Assembly: GCA_963662545.2 (NCBI GenBank)
Contig: CAXXLL010000002.1
Location: 2,144,001-2,208,000 of the forward strand
Source: Gammaproteobacteria bacterium
GTDB lineage: Bacteria; Pseudomonadota; Gammaproteobacteria; Ga0077536
Reading direction: 5' to 3'
DNA: 64,000 nt
Below the pieces are notes generated by a model. That model ran no database searches. It saw only the letters and a program-made list of their open reading frames with translations, and was not told the DNA's origin. The translations under genes and the position numbers were made by a program. Each line of letters starts with the position of its first letter. Within the stretch, counting starts at the first letter, position 1. Shown here piece by piece: positions 10,667 to 21,006 of the stretch.

Positions 10667-13246
10667 TCAGGAGGCCCGTTCGGAATCGCTCTCGGTGTCG
10701 GTTGCTTTGGATCCTACCGTGTCCGGCGGAAGTTCCGCCTCATGCTCGACACTGTTAGCTGTGGCCGGTCTTCCAGCACCGTCCACCGCCGCGCTATCGG
10801 TGTCTTGGACAACGAGCTTCTGCAGTTCTTCGCGGAATTTCTCTGGATCTGGATGCAGCGGCGGCTTGACCACAGCAACGTCGTCAGAAATTGCCTTGGG
10901 ATTGCGCAAGGTTGGATCGTCGTCGGAGGATTGGCCATCCACCTTCGTCAGCGGCTTTGGATCTGCGGCGGCGGGGCTCAGTTCCGTCGCCTCTGACCGT
11001 TGCTCCAATTTCTCTTCCGCCGCTTCGCGTTCGGCAGTGACCGGTATCGGTTCGACTAGCGGGTTCTCCGCGACCGCCCGATTCACAGGCTGTGGATCTG
11101 CAGCCGAGGAACTCGGATCGACCGCCTCGGACGCCCGCTGCCCCAATTGATCATCCGCCCCTTCGCGTTTGGCGGCAACCGGCATCGGTTCAGCTACCGG
11201 GTTCTCTGCGACCGCCTGGCTGTCTGCTCGCATTGGCGCCTCGCTCACTGTTTGACTGTTCTGACCCCGTTTGTCGTTCGCTTGCTCCGCTTTAGCGCCG
11301 GTCGAACTGGAATCGCGCCGGTTATCGTCCGCGCCGCCGGACCGGCGTTGGTTGTTCTGGTCGCGTCCACGACGTGATCGCCCACCGCCTGAGCCGCGTT
11401 TGCGCTCCCCGCCGTCCCGGTTGGGCTGCGATCGGCGCTTATTTCCGTCACGGGAACGCCGGTTGCCCTCCGCGGGCCGACTTTCGGCTTCCGCACGGCG
11501 GCGCCTGCCACCGCGATCCTGGTTTGAACGTGCTCTCGATGTGGACTTTTCTTTACCGCGCACCGCATCTTTGCTGCCGAAGATCGCGCGCATGATTCGT
11601 GACAAAATACCGTTCGATTTCGAGCTCTTCTGCATCGGCTTAGGCGTACCGCGCACGATATCGCGTACCACCGCCTGTTCCGACTTTACGGTGTCATCGC
11701 GGGAGAAGTCGACCGATGGATTTTCAACCTCCGAGACCATTTCGTAGCTTTCACCGAGATCGAGCATCGGCAGATCCTGCGCGCGAATGCGCACGATTTC
11801 GAAGTGAGGAGTCTCTAGGTTCTGATTGGGGATCAGCAGGATCTCGACTTCGTGACGCTGCTCAATACCCGTGACGTCCTGCCGTTTTTCGTTGAGCAGA
11901 AAGGTCGCCACGTCGACAGGAACCTGGGCCGTGACCTTGGCCGTCGAATCCTTAATGGCTTCTTCTTCGATCATGCGGAGGACGCCGAGCGCGGTCGATT
12001 TTACACTGCGTATCGTGCCCAGCCCGTCGCAGCGCGGGCAGATATGGTGGCTGAAATCGGTCAGGGAGGGACGCAGACGCTGGCGCGACATCTCGAGCAG
12101 CCCGAAGCGGGAAATACGCCCGATCTGGACACGCGCCCGATCGATGCGAACCGCGTCACGCAGCTTGTTCTCGACGTCACGTTGGTTCTTGTTCGCCATC
12201 ATGTCGATGAAATCGATGACGATCAGACCGCCCAGGTCGCGCAGTCTGAGCTGGCGGCCGATTTCTTCCGCTGCTTCGAGATTGGTCTGGGTCGCCGTTT
12301 CCTCGATGTCGCCGCCCTTAGTCGCTTTCGACGAATTGATATCGATCGTAGTCAGCGCTTCGGTTGGCTCGATGACGATCGAGCCGCCGCCTGGCAAACG
12401 GATGGAACGGCTGAACGCCGATTCGATTTGCCCTTCGATCTGGTATCGATTGAACAGTGGCACGCTATCCTCGTAGAACTTGAGTTTGGGCAGGTTCTGA
12501 GGCATGACTTGCTGCATAAAGTCTTTCGCAAGATCGTACAGTTTGCGGTCGTCGACGAGGATTTCACTGATGTCGGTGCGCAGGTAATCCCGGATCGCGC
12601 GGATGATCAAGTTGCGATCCTGAAAGATTAAAAACGGCGCCTCACGTTCCTCGGCAGCCTCGGATATCGCCTTCCACAGCTGTAGCAAATAGTCGAGATC
12701 CCATTGCAATTCCTCGGTCGAATTGCCGACGCCGGCGGTCCGTAATATCAGCCCCATGTTGGAGGGAATTTCAAGGCCGGACATCGCTTCGCGTGCTTCG
12801 TCGCGATCACCACCCTCGATCTGGCGGGATACGCCACCGGCTCTCGGGTTGTTCGGCATCGCCACAAGATAGCGGCCGGCCAGGCTGACGAAGGTGGTCA
12901 AGGCCGCGCCTTTGTTGCCGCGCTCTTCTTTTTCGACCTGCACGATGAACTCCTGCCCCTCGTGCAGAACGTCCTTGATGTACGCGCGGCCGCCACCCTT
13001 ACCCTTGTCCTTGAACAGGGATCGGGAAACTTCCTTGAGTGGGAGAAAACCATGCCGATTCCCGCCGTAATCGACGAAAGCGGCTTCAAGACTGGGCTCG
13101 ATCCGAACGATTTTGCCCTTGTAGATGTTAGACTTTTTCTGTTCTCGCCCGGTTGCCTCTATGTCGAGGTCGTAGAGGAGTTGGCCATCGACTAAAGCAA
13201 CGCGTAGTTCTTCGGGCTGGGTCGCGTTGACCAGCATTCTTTTCAT
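10667..13246 (-). CDS. rne: Ribonuclease E
   Basis: MKRMLVNATQPEELRVALVDGQ, DLGGLIVIDFIDM, CPRCDG zinc link, Arg-rich disordered C-terminal half. Confidence 0.98.
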   Translation of the reverse strand: MKRMLVNATQPEELRVALVDGQLLYDLDIEATGREQKKSNIYKGKIVRIEPSLEAAFVDYGGNRHGFLPLKEVSRSLFKDKGKGGGRAYIKDVLHEGQEFIVQVEKEERGNKGAALTTFVSLAGRYLVAMPNNPRAGGVSRQIEGGDRDEAREAMSGLEIPSNMGLILRTAGVGNSTEELQWDLDYLLQLWKAISEAAEEREAPFLIFQDRNLIIRAIRDYLRTDISEILVDDRKLYDLAKDFMQQVMPQNLPKLKFYEDSVPLFNRYQIEGQIESAFSRSIRLPGGGSIVIEPTEALTTIDINSSKATKGGDIEETATQTNLEAAEEIGRQLRLRDLGGLIVIDFIDMMANKNQRDVENKLRDAVRIDRARVQIGRISRFGLLEMSRQRLRPSLTDFSHHICPRCDGLGTIRSVKSTALGVLRMIEEEAIKDSTAKVTAQVPVDVATFLLNEKRQDVTGIEQRHEVEILLIPNQNLETPHFEIVRIRAQDLPMLDLGESYEMVSEVENPSVDFSRDDTVKSEQAVVRDIVRGTPKPMQKSSKSNGILSRIMRAIFGSKDAVRGKEKSTSRARSNQDRGGRRRRAEAESRPAEGNRRSRDGNKRRSQPNRDGGERKRGSGGGRSRRGRDQNNQRRSGGADDNRRDSSSTGAKAEQANDKRGQNSQTVSEAPMRADSQAVAENPVAEPMPVAAKREGADDQLGQRASEAVDPSSSAADPQPVNRAVAENPLVEPIPVTAEREAAEEKLEQRSEATELSPAAADPKPLTKVDGQSSDDDPTLRNPKAISDDVAVVKPPLHPDPEKFREELQKLVVQDTDSAAVDGAGRPATANSVEHEAELPPDTVGSKATDTESDSERAS

Positions 13247-13710
13247 CGTTTAAAACCTTATCTTCGGAATCCCTGGCAGGGCGATCGGCGAAATCATTCG
13301 AAGCGATGCCGGCACCGGGATGCACGGCTCTCGCCACTGCCTGGGGACCCCTTGCGTTTACCGCCTTAACGGCGGGAAACGGCGTATTTTCATAATGCGC
13401 GCGGCGCTTTTGCCACGGCTACCATTTATCGTGCTGCGCCGAGCCGGGAATCAACCCGCTCGATCCGTATTCCGCTCGCTCGAATCGCGGGCGGTACAGG
13501 CCGTCCCCATACCAGCGCCCTTGAGCACGCTCAGTGATCTACAGTTGGCGTTGGGCAGGTTTGCTAAACTACTTGCCGAATCAGCCGTAACCTCCCATCG
13601 GTCTGGGACATTTCCGCGCCCGTCCCCGCGGCAGATACCGCGTGAAACGCCACGTGTGATAGTAGCAACCTTGAGCCACTGCAGCAATCCGGACCGGCCC
13701 GCTGAATGAC

Positions 13711-14652
13711 ATGACCCCACGACGCACCAATGTTGAAATGGATACCGTGTCGCACGAACATGTCGGACGGCGCATCGACAATTACCTCGCATCCAGACTC
13801 CGGCACGCGCCCAAGAGTCTTATCTATAAGTTGCTCCGCAGCGGCCAGGTCCGAGTCAACGGTGGCCGCGTAAAGCCCCACTACCGCCTTGCTGCGAGCG
13901 ACGAAATCCGCATCCCCCCGGTCAACGCCGCACACCCGCGCGAGACCTCGCCGCCACGCTCCCGCCTCGACGAAATGGAACGCGCAATCCTCTACGAAGA
14001 CGAGCATTTTCTGATCGTGGACAAGCCCGCCGGACTGGCCTCCCACGCCGGCACCGGCTTGAGTTACGGTGTGATCGATCTCGCCCGGGAGTTGCGGCCC
14101 AACGCCCCGAGGATCGATCTGGCCCACCGACTTGATCGCGACACATCGGGTTGCCTCGTATTGAGCAAGCACCTGGAAGCCTTACGCGAATTCCACGATG
14201 CCCTGCGCACACGCACTACGGTAAAGCAGTACCGTGCGCTGCTTCAGGGGCGGCTGCCCGGCGACTTGCACGTCATCGACGCGGCTCTGGCTCGCACGCG
14301 GGGAGAGGGCGGTGAGCAGCACGCGGAAGTGTCAGACAAGGGCAAAGCCGCCTGCACCCTTATCGAAGCATGTTCCCCGGTCGGACCGCACTCACTGGTC
14401 GAATTGCGGCTGGTGACCGGGCGCATGCACCAGATCCGTTCGCATGCTGAATATATCGGTCACCCGGTCGCCGGGGATCGTCGTTACGGCACGGAGTATT
14501 TCAACGATGAAATGAGAAAACTCGGTTTGAATCGGCTTTTTCTTCACGCTGCCCATCTCGAATTCACGGCGTTCAATTCACGCTTTGCGATCGATGCACC
14601 GATGCCCGAAGCGTTGACTTCAGTACTGCGAACGCTGGGTGGAAAAACGTGA
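13711..14652 (+). CDS. rluC: 23S rRNA pseudouridine synthase (RluC type)
   Basis: S4 domain, HRLDRDTSG, GRMHQIR; divergent from rne. Confidence 0.93.
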   Translation: MTPRRTNVEMDTVSHEHVGRRIDNYLASRLRHAPKSLIYKLLRSGQVRVNGGRVKPHYRLAASDEIRIPPVNAAHPRETSPPRSRLDEMERAILYEDEHFLIVDKPAGLASHAGTGLSYGVIDLARELRPNAPRIDLAHRLDRDTSGCLVLSKHLEALREFHDALRTRTTVKQYRALLQGRLPGDLHVIDAALARTRGEGGEQHAEVSDKGKAACTLIEACSPVGPHSLVELRLVTGRMHQIRSHAEYIGHPVAGDRRYGTEYFNDEMRKLGLNRLFLHAAHLEFTAFNSRFAIDAPMPEALTSVLRTLGGKT

Positions 14653-14894
14653 TTGAACTCGTCGTGATTGACCGGGACGGTACGCTGGTGGATTCCGAAG
14701 GGCGCATCGTCCGACCGATGACCGCGCCGTTTGCGGAGCAGGCGAACGAAACCGGCGTCATTCCATCGCCCGCCATCATAGTTGGCGACACCGAATTCGA
14801 CCTTGAAATGGCTGCGGCCGCCTCGATCCTAGGGGCCGCGGTAACCTACGGCGCACACTCAAAATCGCGTTTGCTAGACTTAGGGAGCCTCTGA
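14649..14894 (+). pseudogene. Internally deleted HAD hydrolase (phosphoglycolate phosphatase-like)
   Basis: Motif I (IDRDGTLVDS) is joined almost directly to motif IV (VGDTEFDLEMA...VTYGAH) in 81 aa; 3' end runs into a MITE. Confidence 0.8.
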
Positions 14895-15045
14895 ATGAGT
14901 TATGGTGCGAATGAATTGTGTATGAAATCATGCAGATCAAGGCACGAATTGCAGGCCATAGCGGGGACTATTGGCAAGTTTCGTAACGTAAGGCTCCGCG
15001 ATTTCAGGCGCACGGTAGGTGTGCCATAACTTATTCAGAAGTTGC
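14884..15045 (+). mobile_element. MITE family A copy 2
   Basis: 162 bp, GGAGCCTCTGAATGAGTTATGG...CCATAACTTATTCAGAAGTTGC, flanks TTAG/TTAA. Confidence 0.88.
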
Positions 15046-15142
15046 TTAAACCCGGCGGTCGTCGTCGTTACACTGCGCGAACTGCCAGGCGAGATAAAAC
15101 GTCTCGGTCCCACAGCGAAGCATTAGCAGGGAGATCATCAGT

Positions 15143-16132
15143 ATGGGTTGGGAGAATTCCGATTCAGAAGACCTCATGCGGGAACAATCACCTCAATCGT
15201 CCGGCAATCAGCCCGACTTCGAACGGCAACTGGTCGAACGGATGTCGTACGAATTTCTGCGGGAACAGCGCAGGAACCGCCGCTGGGGAATATTCTTCAA
15301 GTTTCTTGCGTTCGGCTACGTCTCAGTGCTGCTGATCCTGTCATTTCCTTCCGTTTGGAAACAGGGGCCGTTCAGCGCCGAGAAGGTGACGGCGCTGGTC
15401 GATATTCAGGGCATCATCGCCCACGGCAGTGACGCCAACGCAGACGCTATCGTCACGGGGCTGCGCGCCGCGTTCAAGCATGAAGCGACAGCCGGTGTCA
15501 TCCTGAGAATCAACAGTCCAGGCGGCAGTCCCGTACAAGCCGGCTATATCAACGACGAGATATTCAGACTGCGCGAAAAATATCCCGACATACCGATTTA
15601 TGCTGTTATCGAGGACATTTGCGCTTCCGGCGGCTACTACGTAGCAGCGGCAGCGGATAGGATTTACGCCGACAAGGCCAGTATCGTCGGCTCCATCGGC
15701 GTGCGCATGGATGGATTTGGTTTCGTCGATACGATAAACAAACTAGGGATCGAACGGCGCCTGATGACCGCAGGGGAGAACAAGGCGTTTCTTGATCCTT
15801 TCTCTCCGCTGCAGGAGAAACATCTTGAGCACGTGGAGAAACTGCTGGGGGAAGTCCACGAACAATTCATCAATACGGTACTTAAACGCCGCCGTGACAA
15901 GCTCGGGGACAATCCGGAGATCTTTTCCGGCTTGTTTTGGACCGGAGAACGGGGGCTCGAACTCGGCCTTGTGGATGAATTCGGATCCAGCGGTTACGTT
16001 GCCAGGGAAGTGATCGGAGCCGAGAAAATCGTGGACTTCACGCCTAAGGATTATTCGCTCGAACGGATCTTGAAGCGCGTTGGCGCAAGCATGGTAGCGG
16101 GCATCATCGGAACCAACGGTTTTTCCTGGTAA
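15143..16132 (+). CDS. S49-family signal peptide peptidase (SppA-like)
   Basis: LRINSPGGSPV, ASGGYY, SIVGSIGV. Confidence 0.95.
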   Translation: MGWENSDSEDLMREQSPQSSGNQPDFERQLVERMSYEFLREQRRNRRWGIFFKFLAFGYVSVLLILSFPSVWKQGPFSAEKVTALVDIQGIIAHGSDANADAIVTGLRAAFKHEATAGVILRINSPGGSPVQAGYINDEIFRLREKYPDIPIYAVIEDICASGGYYVAAAADRIYADKASIVGSIGVRMDGFGFVDTINKLGIERRLMTAGENKAFLDPFSPLQEKHLEHVEKLLGEVHEQFINTVLKRRRDKLGDNPEIFSGLFWTGERGLELGLVDEFGSSGYVAREVIGAEKIVDFTPKDYSLERILKRVGASMVAGIIGTNGFSW

Positions 16133-16293
16133 TAGAGGCGAGCGGCATTCAGGTAACCCCGCCCCACCGCCCGCGTTGGAATACGGCGCGCGGGATCGCC
16201 AGGACAGTGAGGAGGACGCCAGCACGAGGCGCGGTTCAGCGTTCGCATCCGACCGACCGGATCGAAGGGAATGGGCACCTGAGACGATATTCC

Positions 16294-16562
16294 AGAGCTT
16301 ATCTCATCATTATCTGCGACCGGCTTGTGCCCTGAAAGCGTGGATGCGGGGCTAATTCCGCGGGGCTGGGTAAGACACTATTCAAGCGCTGTACGATAGC
16401 GAGCGCGTTTTCAGGGCCGAGCCCTTTGAGCCAGGTCGCTATTTTCGTGCATTCCAGGGTCGTCAGTCGCTCGTGTTGCACCAATAAACTACACTCCTCG
16501 CGCCTTTAATTGAGCAGCAATTGCCCCCGGCACACCTGCGGATAATTTTAAGATAGGTTCTA
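16294..16562. mobile_element. Degenerate MITE-like element
   Basis: Imperfect ends AGAGCTTATCTCATCATT / AATTTTAAGATAGGTTCTA, resembling the arms of the 10609 palindrome. Confidence 0.4.
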
Positions 16563-16580
16563 GGCGCCTGATGTTTAGCC

Positions 16581-16597
16581 TATAATACCGCGCCCCA
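16581..16597 (+). promoter_or_regulatory. Sigma-70 -10 box with GC-rich discriminator for the yceD-rpmF-plsX-fab operon
   Basis: Perfect TATAAT followed by ACCGCGCCCCA and the ATG at 16598. Confidence 0.6.
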
Positions 16598-17095
16598 ATG
16601 GCAACCGAACTTCCCGACGAGGTCGACTGTCGTCAACTCGCAGATGAGGTCGGTTCGATTTCCGGCTCCATAGCGCCTGCTCGACTGACAAATGTCAGCG
16701 GGGTGTTTCGCCTCGCCGGGAGTGCGCGGGTGAGGCTCGATTTCCGCCGTAATGATGACCAGCAGGTCGCCATCGACGGAGAGATCGAGGCGCCGGTCGA
16801 AGCACAGTGTCAGCGGTGTCTGGAATGGATGTCGCTTGAACTGTGTATTACGGTCTGTGCGCTCGCGATGCCGTCGGCGGACGATGACTTTGCTTACGAG
16901 CAAAACCTTGTCGCCGCGCCGGAAGGCCGGCTCAAATTGGCGGACTTGGTCGAAGGTGAGATATTGCTTGCGTGTCCGATGATACCCGCTCACGGCGAGC
17001 GTTCCTGCGGTTCGCCGGCAGATTCGGGGCCGCGTCCCGATGAGCGGTACAAACCGTTCGCCGGGCTGGCCGATTTGATCAAAAAACAAGGTTGA
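16598..17095 (+). CDS. yceD: YceD/DUF177 protein
   Basis: CQRCLE, EILLACPMIPAH, KPFAGLADL; upstream of rpmF. Confidence 0.9.
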   Translation: MATELPDEVDCRQLADEVGSISGSIAPARLTNVSGVFRLAGSARVRLDFRRNDDQQVAIDGEIEAPVEAQCQRCLEWMSLELCITVCALAMPSADDDFAYEQNLVAAPEGRLKLADLVEGEILLACPMIPAHGERSCGSPADSGPRPDERYKPFAGLADLIKKQG

Positions 17096-17140
17096 CGCGA
17101 TCGTCAACCGTAGAGGGGTATTTACCCCGGGATTGGAAAA

Positions 17141-17317
17141 ATGGCAGTACAAAAGAATAAGGTCACGCCGGCGAGACGCGGCATGCGGCGCTCTCACGAT
17201 GCGCTCAGCAAAACGGCGCTATCGGAGGATCCGACCACCGGCGAAATACATCAACGTCATCATGTAAGCGCGGACGGTTACTACCGCGGCAAAAAAGTTC
17301 TTCCCGACGCAGAATAA
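17141..17317 (+). CDS. rpmF: 50S ribosomal protein L32 (Cys-free type; absent from the ORF track)
   Basis: Manual translation [58 protein letters not shown]. Confidence 0.96.
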   Translation: MAVQKNKVTPARRGMRRSHDALSKTALSEDPTTGEIHQRHHVSADGYYRGKKVLPDAE

Positions 17318-17368
17318 ATTCCCTCTTTCGACGCTCTCTGAACGGCGTCTCGCCGGACGACGACCCGC

Positions 17369-18391
17369 TTGACCATACGCATTGCATTAGACGCCATGGG
17401 TGGTGATTTTGGTCCGCCGGTGACGGTGCCCGCAGCCGCGAGTGCATTAAAGCGCCATCCGTCACTCGAACTGGTGATGGTCGGTAACGAAGAGCAGCTC
17501 ACAGCCCAACTGCGTGAAGCCGGTCTCGATGGTCATGCTCGAATAGAGGTCCATCACGCCCCGCAGACCGTCGAGATGCACGAGAAACCATCCAAGGCTT
17601 TGCGCAGCAAACGACAATCGTCGATGCGCCGCGCCATCGATCTGGTCAAACAAGAGCAGGCGGCCGCCTGCGTCAGCGCGGGTAACACGGGGGCGTTAAT
17701 GGCAATCGCCCGCTACGTATTGAAAACACTGCCCGGTATCGATCGTCCCGCGATTTGCGGAGCAATGCCGGGCATCAACCGTCCAACGCGTGTTCTTGAC
17801 CTCGGCGCGAACGTAGATTCGACCTCCGAGGAACTGTTTCGTTTCGCCGTCATGGGTGCCGTTCTCGCTGAGGCCGTTGACGACCGCGAAAATCCCTCTG
17901 TTGCTTTGCTAAACATCGGCGAAGAAGAGATCAAGGGCAACGACCGAGTCAAGCAAACGGCGATACTGCTCGAACAAAGTCCATTGAACTATTACGGGTT
18001 TGTCGAGGGCGACGATATGTTTGGCGGCAAGGTGGATGTCATCGTCTGTGACGGCTTCGTCGGTAACGTGGCCCTGAAAGCCAGCGAAGGGGTCGCCGTC
18101 ATGCTTAGCGACATCGCGCGGGAGGAATTCGGTAAAGGTCTGCTGTCCAGACTCGGCGCGGTCTTAGCAAGCCGTTCCTTGAACTCCCTGCGTCGCCGCG
18201 CCGACCCCAGGCGCTACAACGGTGCGAGCCTGGTCGGCCTGAAGGGCATCGTCGTCAAGAGTCACGGCGGCGCGGATGCATTGTCGTTATCACACGCCAT
18301 TGATGTCGCGCTGATCGAGATTGAGAAAGCCGTTCCCGATCGGATCAGCCGTCTGCTCGAAGAACTGTTAGCCAACGACGGGTCTCAATGA
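17369..18391 (+). CDS. plsX: Phosphate acyltransferase PlsX
   Basis: IALDAMGGDFGP, SAGNTGALM, VCDGFVGNVALK. Confidence 0.97.
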   Translation: MTIRIALDAMGGDFGPPVTVPAAASALKRHPSLELVMVGNEEQLTAQLREAGLDGHARIEVHHAPQTVEMHEKPSKALRSKRQSSMRRAIDLVKQEQAAACVSAGNTGALMAIARYVLKTLPGIDRPAICGAMPGINRPTRVLDLGANVDSTSEELFRFAVMGAVLAEAVDDRENPSVALLNIGEEEIKGNDRVKQTAILLEQSPLNYYGFVEGDDMFGGKVDVIVCDGFVGNVALKASEGVAVMLSDIAREEFGKGLLSRLGAVLASRSLNSLRRRADPRRYNGASLVGLKGIVVKSHGGADALSLSHAIDVALIEIEKAVPDRISRLLEELLANDGSQ

Positions 18392-19374
18392 ACGGTACCG
18401 AGTCTGTCTTACCTTTTGCCGTCGTGTTCCCGGGCCAGGGATCACAGCGTGTCGGCATGATGTCGACACTGGCCGCCGCGCACGAAGAGGTTGTCGAACG
18501 ATTCGCAACGGCCTCCAGCGTACTGGGTTTCGACCTGTGGGAATTGGTCAGCAACGGCCCGGCAGATTCCTTGAACCGAACGGAAAATACGCAGCCGGCG
18601 ATGTTGGCGGCGGGCGTCGCCACCTGGGACGTATGGCTCAAATCCGGAGGGCCGATGCCGGCGCGGGTAGCGGGGCATAGTTTTGGAGAATATACCGCGC
18701 TGGTCTGCGCCGGCGCGCTTAAATTCGACACCGCAGTTGCGCTGGCTGCGGATCGCGCACGTTACATGCAGGAAGCGGTACCCGAACACGAAGGCGCGAT
18801 GGCGGCGATTCTGGGGCTAGGGCTGGGCGTTCTGGAGGCCATTTGTAAACAGGCAGCCGGCAACCAGGGGATCTGCGCATGCGCAAACCTCAATGCGCCC
18901 GGTCAGATTGTCATCGCTGGCGATACCCGCACTGTCGAGGCGGCTTGCGACCTCGCGCGCGAAGCGGGGGCCAAGCGCGCGATTCGCCTGCCCATGAGCG
19001 TGCCCGTCCATTGCAGCCTGATGCGCCCCGCTGCGGAACGTCTCGCCGAACGCTTACGCAGCGTCGATTTCACCTCGCCGCGGATCGAGGTGACCCACAA
19101 CGTTGACGTCGCCGCTCATTACGAACCGGACGAAATCAAAGATGCCCTGGTCCGGCAGCTCTATTCGCCGGTGCGCTGGATAGAAACCATCGAGGACTTT
19201 GCGCGCAGCGGCATTTCCCATGTGTTCGAATGCGGCCCAGGCAAGATTTTGACTTCGCTGATCAAGCGCATCGATCGTTCGCTCGACAGCGCCGCGCTGT
19301 CGGGTTCGGAGTCGTTCAGAGAACAAATTGAAACCATTAGCGGGCTGTCAAGAGGACGAGCTGATGAGCGATGA
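18388..19374 (+). CDS. fabD: Malonyl-CoA:ACP transacylase
   Basis: FPGQGSQ and AGHSFGEY. Confidence 0.97.
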   Translation: MNGTESVLPFAVVFPGQGSQRVGMMSTLAAAHEEVVERFATASSVLGFDLWELVSNGPADSLNRTENTQPAMLAAGVATWDVWLKSGGPMPARVAGHSFGEYTALVCAGALKFDTAVALAADRARYMQEAVPEHEGAMAAILGLGLGVLEAICKQAAGNQGICACANLNAPGQIVIAGDTRTVEAACDLAREAGAKRAIRLPMSVPVHCSLMRPAAERLAERLRSVDFTSPRIEVTHNVDVAAHYEPDEIKDALVRQLYSPVRWIETIEDFARSGISHVFECGPGKILTSLIKRIDRSLDSAALSGSESFREQIETISGLSRGRADER

Positions 19375-20104
19375 GAAGATTGCAATCGTCACCGGTGCCA
19401 GCCGCGGCATCGGCATGGCAATAGCCACGGCGCTCAAGGACACCGGGTTCAGCGTGCTTGGGACAGCGACCGGCGCGGCGGGCCTCGAACGGATCGAAGA
19501 AATGCTCGGTCGAGACAACGCACTGACAGCCGCCCTGCCTCTTGATCTTTGCCACGCTGAATCGCTGAAATCATTCTTGGCCGAACTCGATGAGCGCGAA
19601 CTGAAACCGGCTGTGGTGGTGAATAACGCCGGGATAACGCGCGACAACTTACTATTACGTATGAAGGACGACGAATGGAACGATGTCATCACGGCTAACC
19701 TCGGATCCGTGTTCAGACTCTGCAGGCATCTGCTCAAACCGATGCTAAAGGCTCGCTACGGCCGCATCATCAACATCACCTCGGTAGTCGGCGTCACGGG
19801 TAATCCGGGTCAAGCGAATTATGCGGCTGCCAAGGCCGGAATCATCGGATTCACCAAGTCGCTTGCACACGAAGTCGCGAAACGGGGTATCACCGTCAAC
19901 GCCGTGGCGCCTGGCTTCATCGATACGGATATGACGAGCACACTCACGGACGAACAAAAGTCTCTCGTGCTCGCTCAAATTCCCATAGGGAGAATAGGTC
20001 GACCGGAAGAAGTGGCTGCGGTCGTCGCCTTCCTCGCGTCGCAAGCGGCGTCTTACATCACCGGTGAAACAATTCATATCAACGGCGGAATGCATATGGT
20101 CTGA
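19364..20104 (+). CDS. fabG: 3-oxoacyl-ACP reductase
   Basis: TGASRGIG, NNAGITRDNL, YAAAK; start at ATG 19364. Confidence 0.97.
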   Translation: MSDEKIAIVTGASRGIGMAIATALKDTGFSVLGTATGAAGLERIEEMLGRDNALTAALPLDLCHAESLKSFLAELDERELKPAVVVNNAGITRDNLLLRMKDDEWNDVITANLGSVFRLCRHLLKPMLKARYGRIINITSVVGVTGNPGQANYAAAKAGIIGFTKSLAHEVAKRGITVNAVAPGFIDTDMTSTLTDEQKSLVLAQIPIGRIGRPEEVAAVVAFLASQAASYITGETIHINGGMHMV

Positions 20105-20349
20105 TCAATGCTGCACACATCGTTCATCGGAAAGGGTACATGCCGCTTTCAAAGTAATTCAAACGTACCGGAGAGATGCTGCGTTTAGCGAAAATAAGGC
20201 AGAAAATAGTTGCGCAATCAGTGTAATTTGATGTTTTTAAAGTTGATTTTTCAGTGCGATCAGCACCTTGCTTGCAGTTTATTCGGTTTTCACTAAACTA
20301 GCACTCGCCGCTGCCCTGGCGGTACTCGAATTGGGAGGAATTTCTAACG

Positions 20350-20589
20350 ATGAGTAGCGTTGAAGAACGTGTCAAGAAGATCGTCGTCGAACAGTTGGGA
20401 GTTAAAGAAGAAGAGGTTACAAATGAAGCTTCATTTGTCGATGATCTGGGCGCTGATTCGCTCGACACGGTTGAACTCGTAATGGCACTGGAAGAGGAAT
20501 TCAAAACCGAAATTCCAGATGAAGACGCAGAAAAAATCACGACGGTGCAGCAAGCAATCGATTACATCAACGATCACTCGGACGCTTAA
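20350..20589 (+). CDS. acpP: Acyl carrier protein
   Basis: [20 protein letters not shown]. Confidence 0.99.
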   Translation: MSSVEERVKKIVVEQLGVKEEEVTNEASFVDDLGADSLDTVELVMALEEEFKTEIPDEDAEKITTVQQAIDYINDHSDA

Positions 20590-20615
20590 TAAGGTCTACT
20601 GTCAGCTTAGAATCT

Positions 20616-20650
20616 AGGCTGCGATTCGCCGATCGAACGCGGCCTTTTTC
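20616..20650 (+). terminator. Probable intrinsic terminator after acpP
   Basis: AGGCTGCGATTCG...CGAACGCGGCCT hairpin followed by a T run. Confidence 0.6.
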
Positions 20651-20820
20651 TGACGGTGATCTCCACAATCGCGAATACGGGCACGGCGAAAATGGATTCG
20701 ACAGATTCGTCGAATACCGGACCGCATGCCAAAATAGAGCCGGCACAGTCGAGTGCGCTGTGTGATTTGAGGCCGGCCTGCCGGCAGCCGCTGCGGGATT
20801 CCGCCTGGGTTTAGCTATAT

Positions 20821-20983
20821 GGAACCTCGGAATAAGTCATGGCACATCGGCCTTGCCCATGAAATCGTGCAGCCTTATGTTACGAACCTTGCCCATAGGC
20901 CCCGCTATGGCCTGCGATTCGTGCCTTGCTCTGCACCATTGGATGAACCATTCAGACGCACCATGACTTATTCAGAGGATTCC
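20821..20983 (-). mobile_element. MITE family A copy 3 (inverted orientation)
   Basis: Reverse complement of copy 1; ends GGAACCTCGGAATAAGTCATGG / CCATGACTTATTCAGAGGATTCC. Confidence 0.88.
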
Positions 20984-21006
20984 ATGAATCAATGAAGTAT
21001 TCAGGA

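Noticed and set aside
13247-13710. Long rne-rluC intergenic region as a novel ncRNA
   Set aside because: A long structured rne leader is expected here, and I could not define a specific structure or boundaries.
18300-18450. No fabH between plsX and fabD
   Set aside because: The genes overlap cleanly with no scar, and this arrangement is known in other Gammaproteobacteria such as Pseudomonas.
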